Assembly: GCF_001194135.2 (NCBI RefSeq)
Contig: NC_068981.1
Location: 16,303,625 to 16,338,637, forward strand
Source of the DNA: Octopus bimaculoides
Lineage: Eukaryota
Direction of reading: 5' to 3'
Length of the DNA stretch: 35,013 nucleotides
Shown here in pieces: positions 34,440-35,013 of this stretch. Each line of letters starts with the position of its first letter. The stretch's first letter is position 1. Position numbers and translations under genes: made by a program. The notes under the pieces were generated by a model that was not told the origin of the DNA, searched no databases, and saw nothing but the letters and a program-made list of their open reading frames with translations.

Positions 34440-34642
34440 ATCTTTGTCCCTCCCACCTTCATTTGGTAATCGGTGTCGGGATGTTTAAATCCCCGTGATT
34501 TGGCGGTTTGTTAAAAAATCCACGATATAACAAGTACCATGCATTAAATTATAAGTACTGAGGTCGATTTCTTCGACTTAACACTTAAGGATGCTACACC
34601 AGCATGAACGAAAACTATAGACTGCTTCAGATAAAAGATAAA
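34440..34642 (+). mobile_element. SINE-B 3' half, diverged
   Basis: TTTAAATCCCCGTGATTTGGCGGTT...AAGTACC...ATAAGTACTGAGGTCGATTTCTTCGACT...CCAGCATG, collinear with 5570-5750. Confidence 0.75.
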
Positions 34643-34685
34643 AACAGACAGACTGATAGACACACACACTCACAGAGTTAGTCCA

Positions 34686-34719
34686 ATAGATAGATAGAAA
34701 GTCAGACAGACAGGCAGGC

Positions 34720-34787
<68 letters not shown>

Positions 34788-34797
34788 CGATAGATAC
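34686..34797. repeat. (GATA)/(GACA)n microsatellite abutting a LINE-like 3' end
   Basis: Directly visible. Confidence 0.97.
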
Positions 34798-35013
34798 ATT
34801 TCTTTTATTAGCCACACAGGGCTCAACGAAGATGGGACAAATACAATGTAGAGCTTTTCTTTTTGGGAGGGGGAAGGAAGGAAAAAAAAAAAAGAAAAAA
34901 AAATTGGTGGTGTCGATCAAAAGGGATCGCAGGAAGGGAAAAAGGGGCAGTTCGATCAAAAGGGATCGAAAAAAAAGAAAAGGAAACGCCGATCAATAGG
35001 GATCGTGTATCAC
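34798..35013 (-). mobile_element. Probable 3' UTR and terminus of an L1/Tx1-type LINE, continuing off the right edge
   Basis: Minus strand is pyrimidine-rich with three CGATCCCTWTTGATCG motifs and ends ...TTTGTCCCATCTTCGTTGAGCCCTGTGTGGCTAATAAAAGAAAT, directly followed by (TATC)n. No ORF is visible in the window, so the clade is inferred. Confidence 0.55.

Overview
AT-rich eukaryotic (animal) DNA, dense in microsatellites, with four N gaps. The repeat content looks like a coleoid cephalopod (Octopus-like); this is inferred from pattern, not from a search. There is no intact long gene, and the ORF track is almost entirely microsatellite or N-gap artefact. The window is mostly decayed mobile DNA: an L1/Tx1-type ORF2 endonuclease fragment (1-925, minus), a probable LINE 3' end (34798-35013, minus), a CR1-type LINE (18436-20155, minus) with a second short copy, an RTE fragment, an R4/Dong-type RLE fragment, a mariner pseudogene, a mariner-type MITE and many copies of two tRNA-derived SINE families (here SINE-A and SINE-B). 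The most interesting signal is a retroposon network. (i) A SINE-A variant carries a 63-bp AATAAA/stem-loop tail related to the LINE-like 3' end at the right edge; it is demonstrably retroposed (14-bp TSD at 23977/24085) and sits tandemly inside the A-box region of SINE-A itself (3064-3645). (ii) Both L1/Tx1-like termini abut (TATC)n microsatellites in the same orientation. (iii) SINE-B and the CR1 share a 3' stem-loop with compensatory changes. A few short + strand exon candidates are listed at low confidence.
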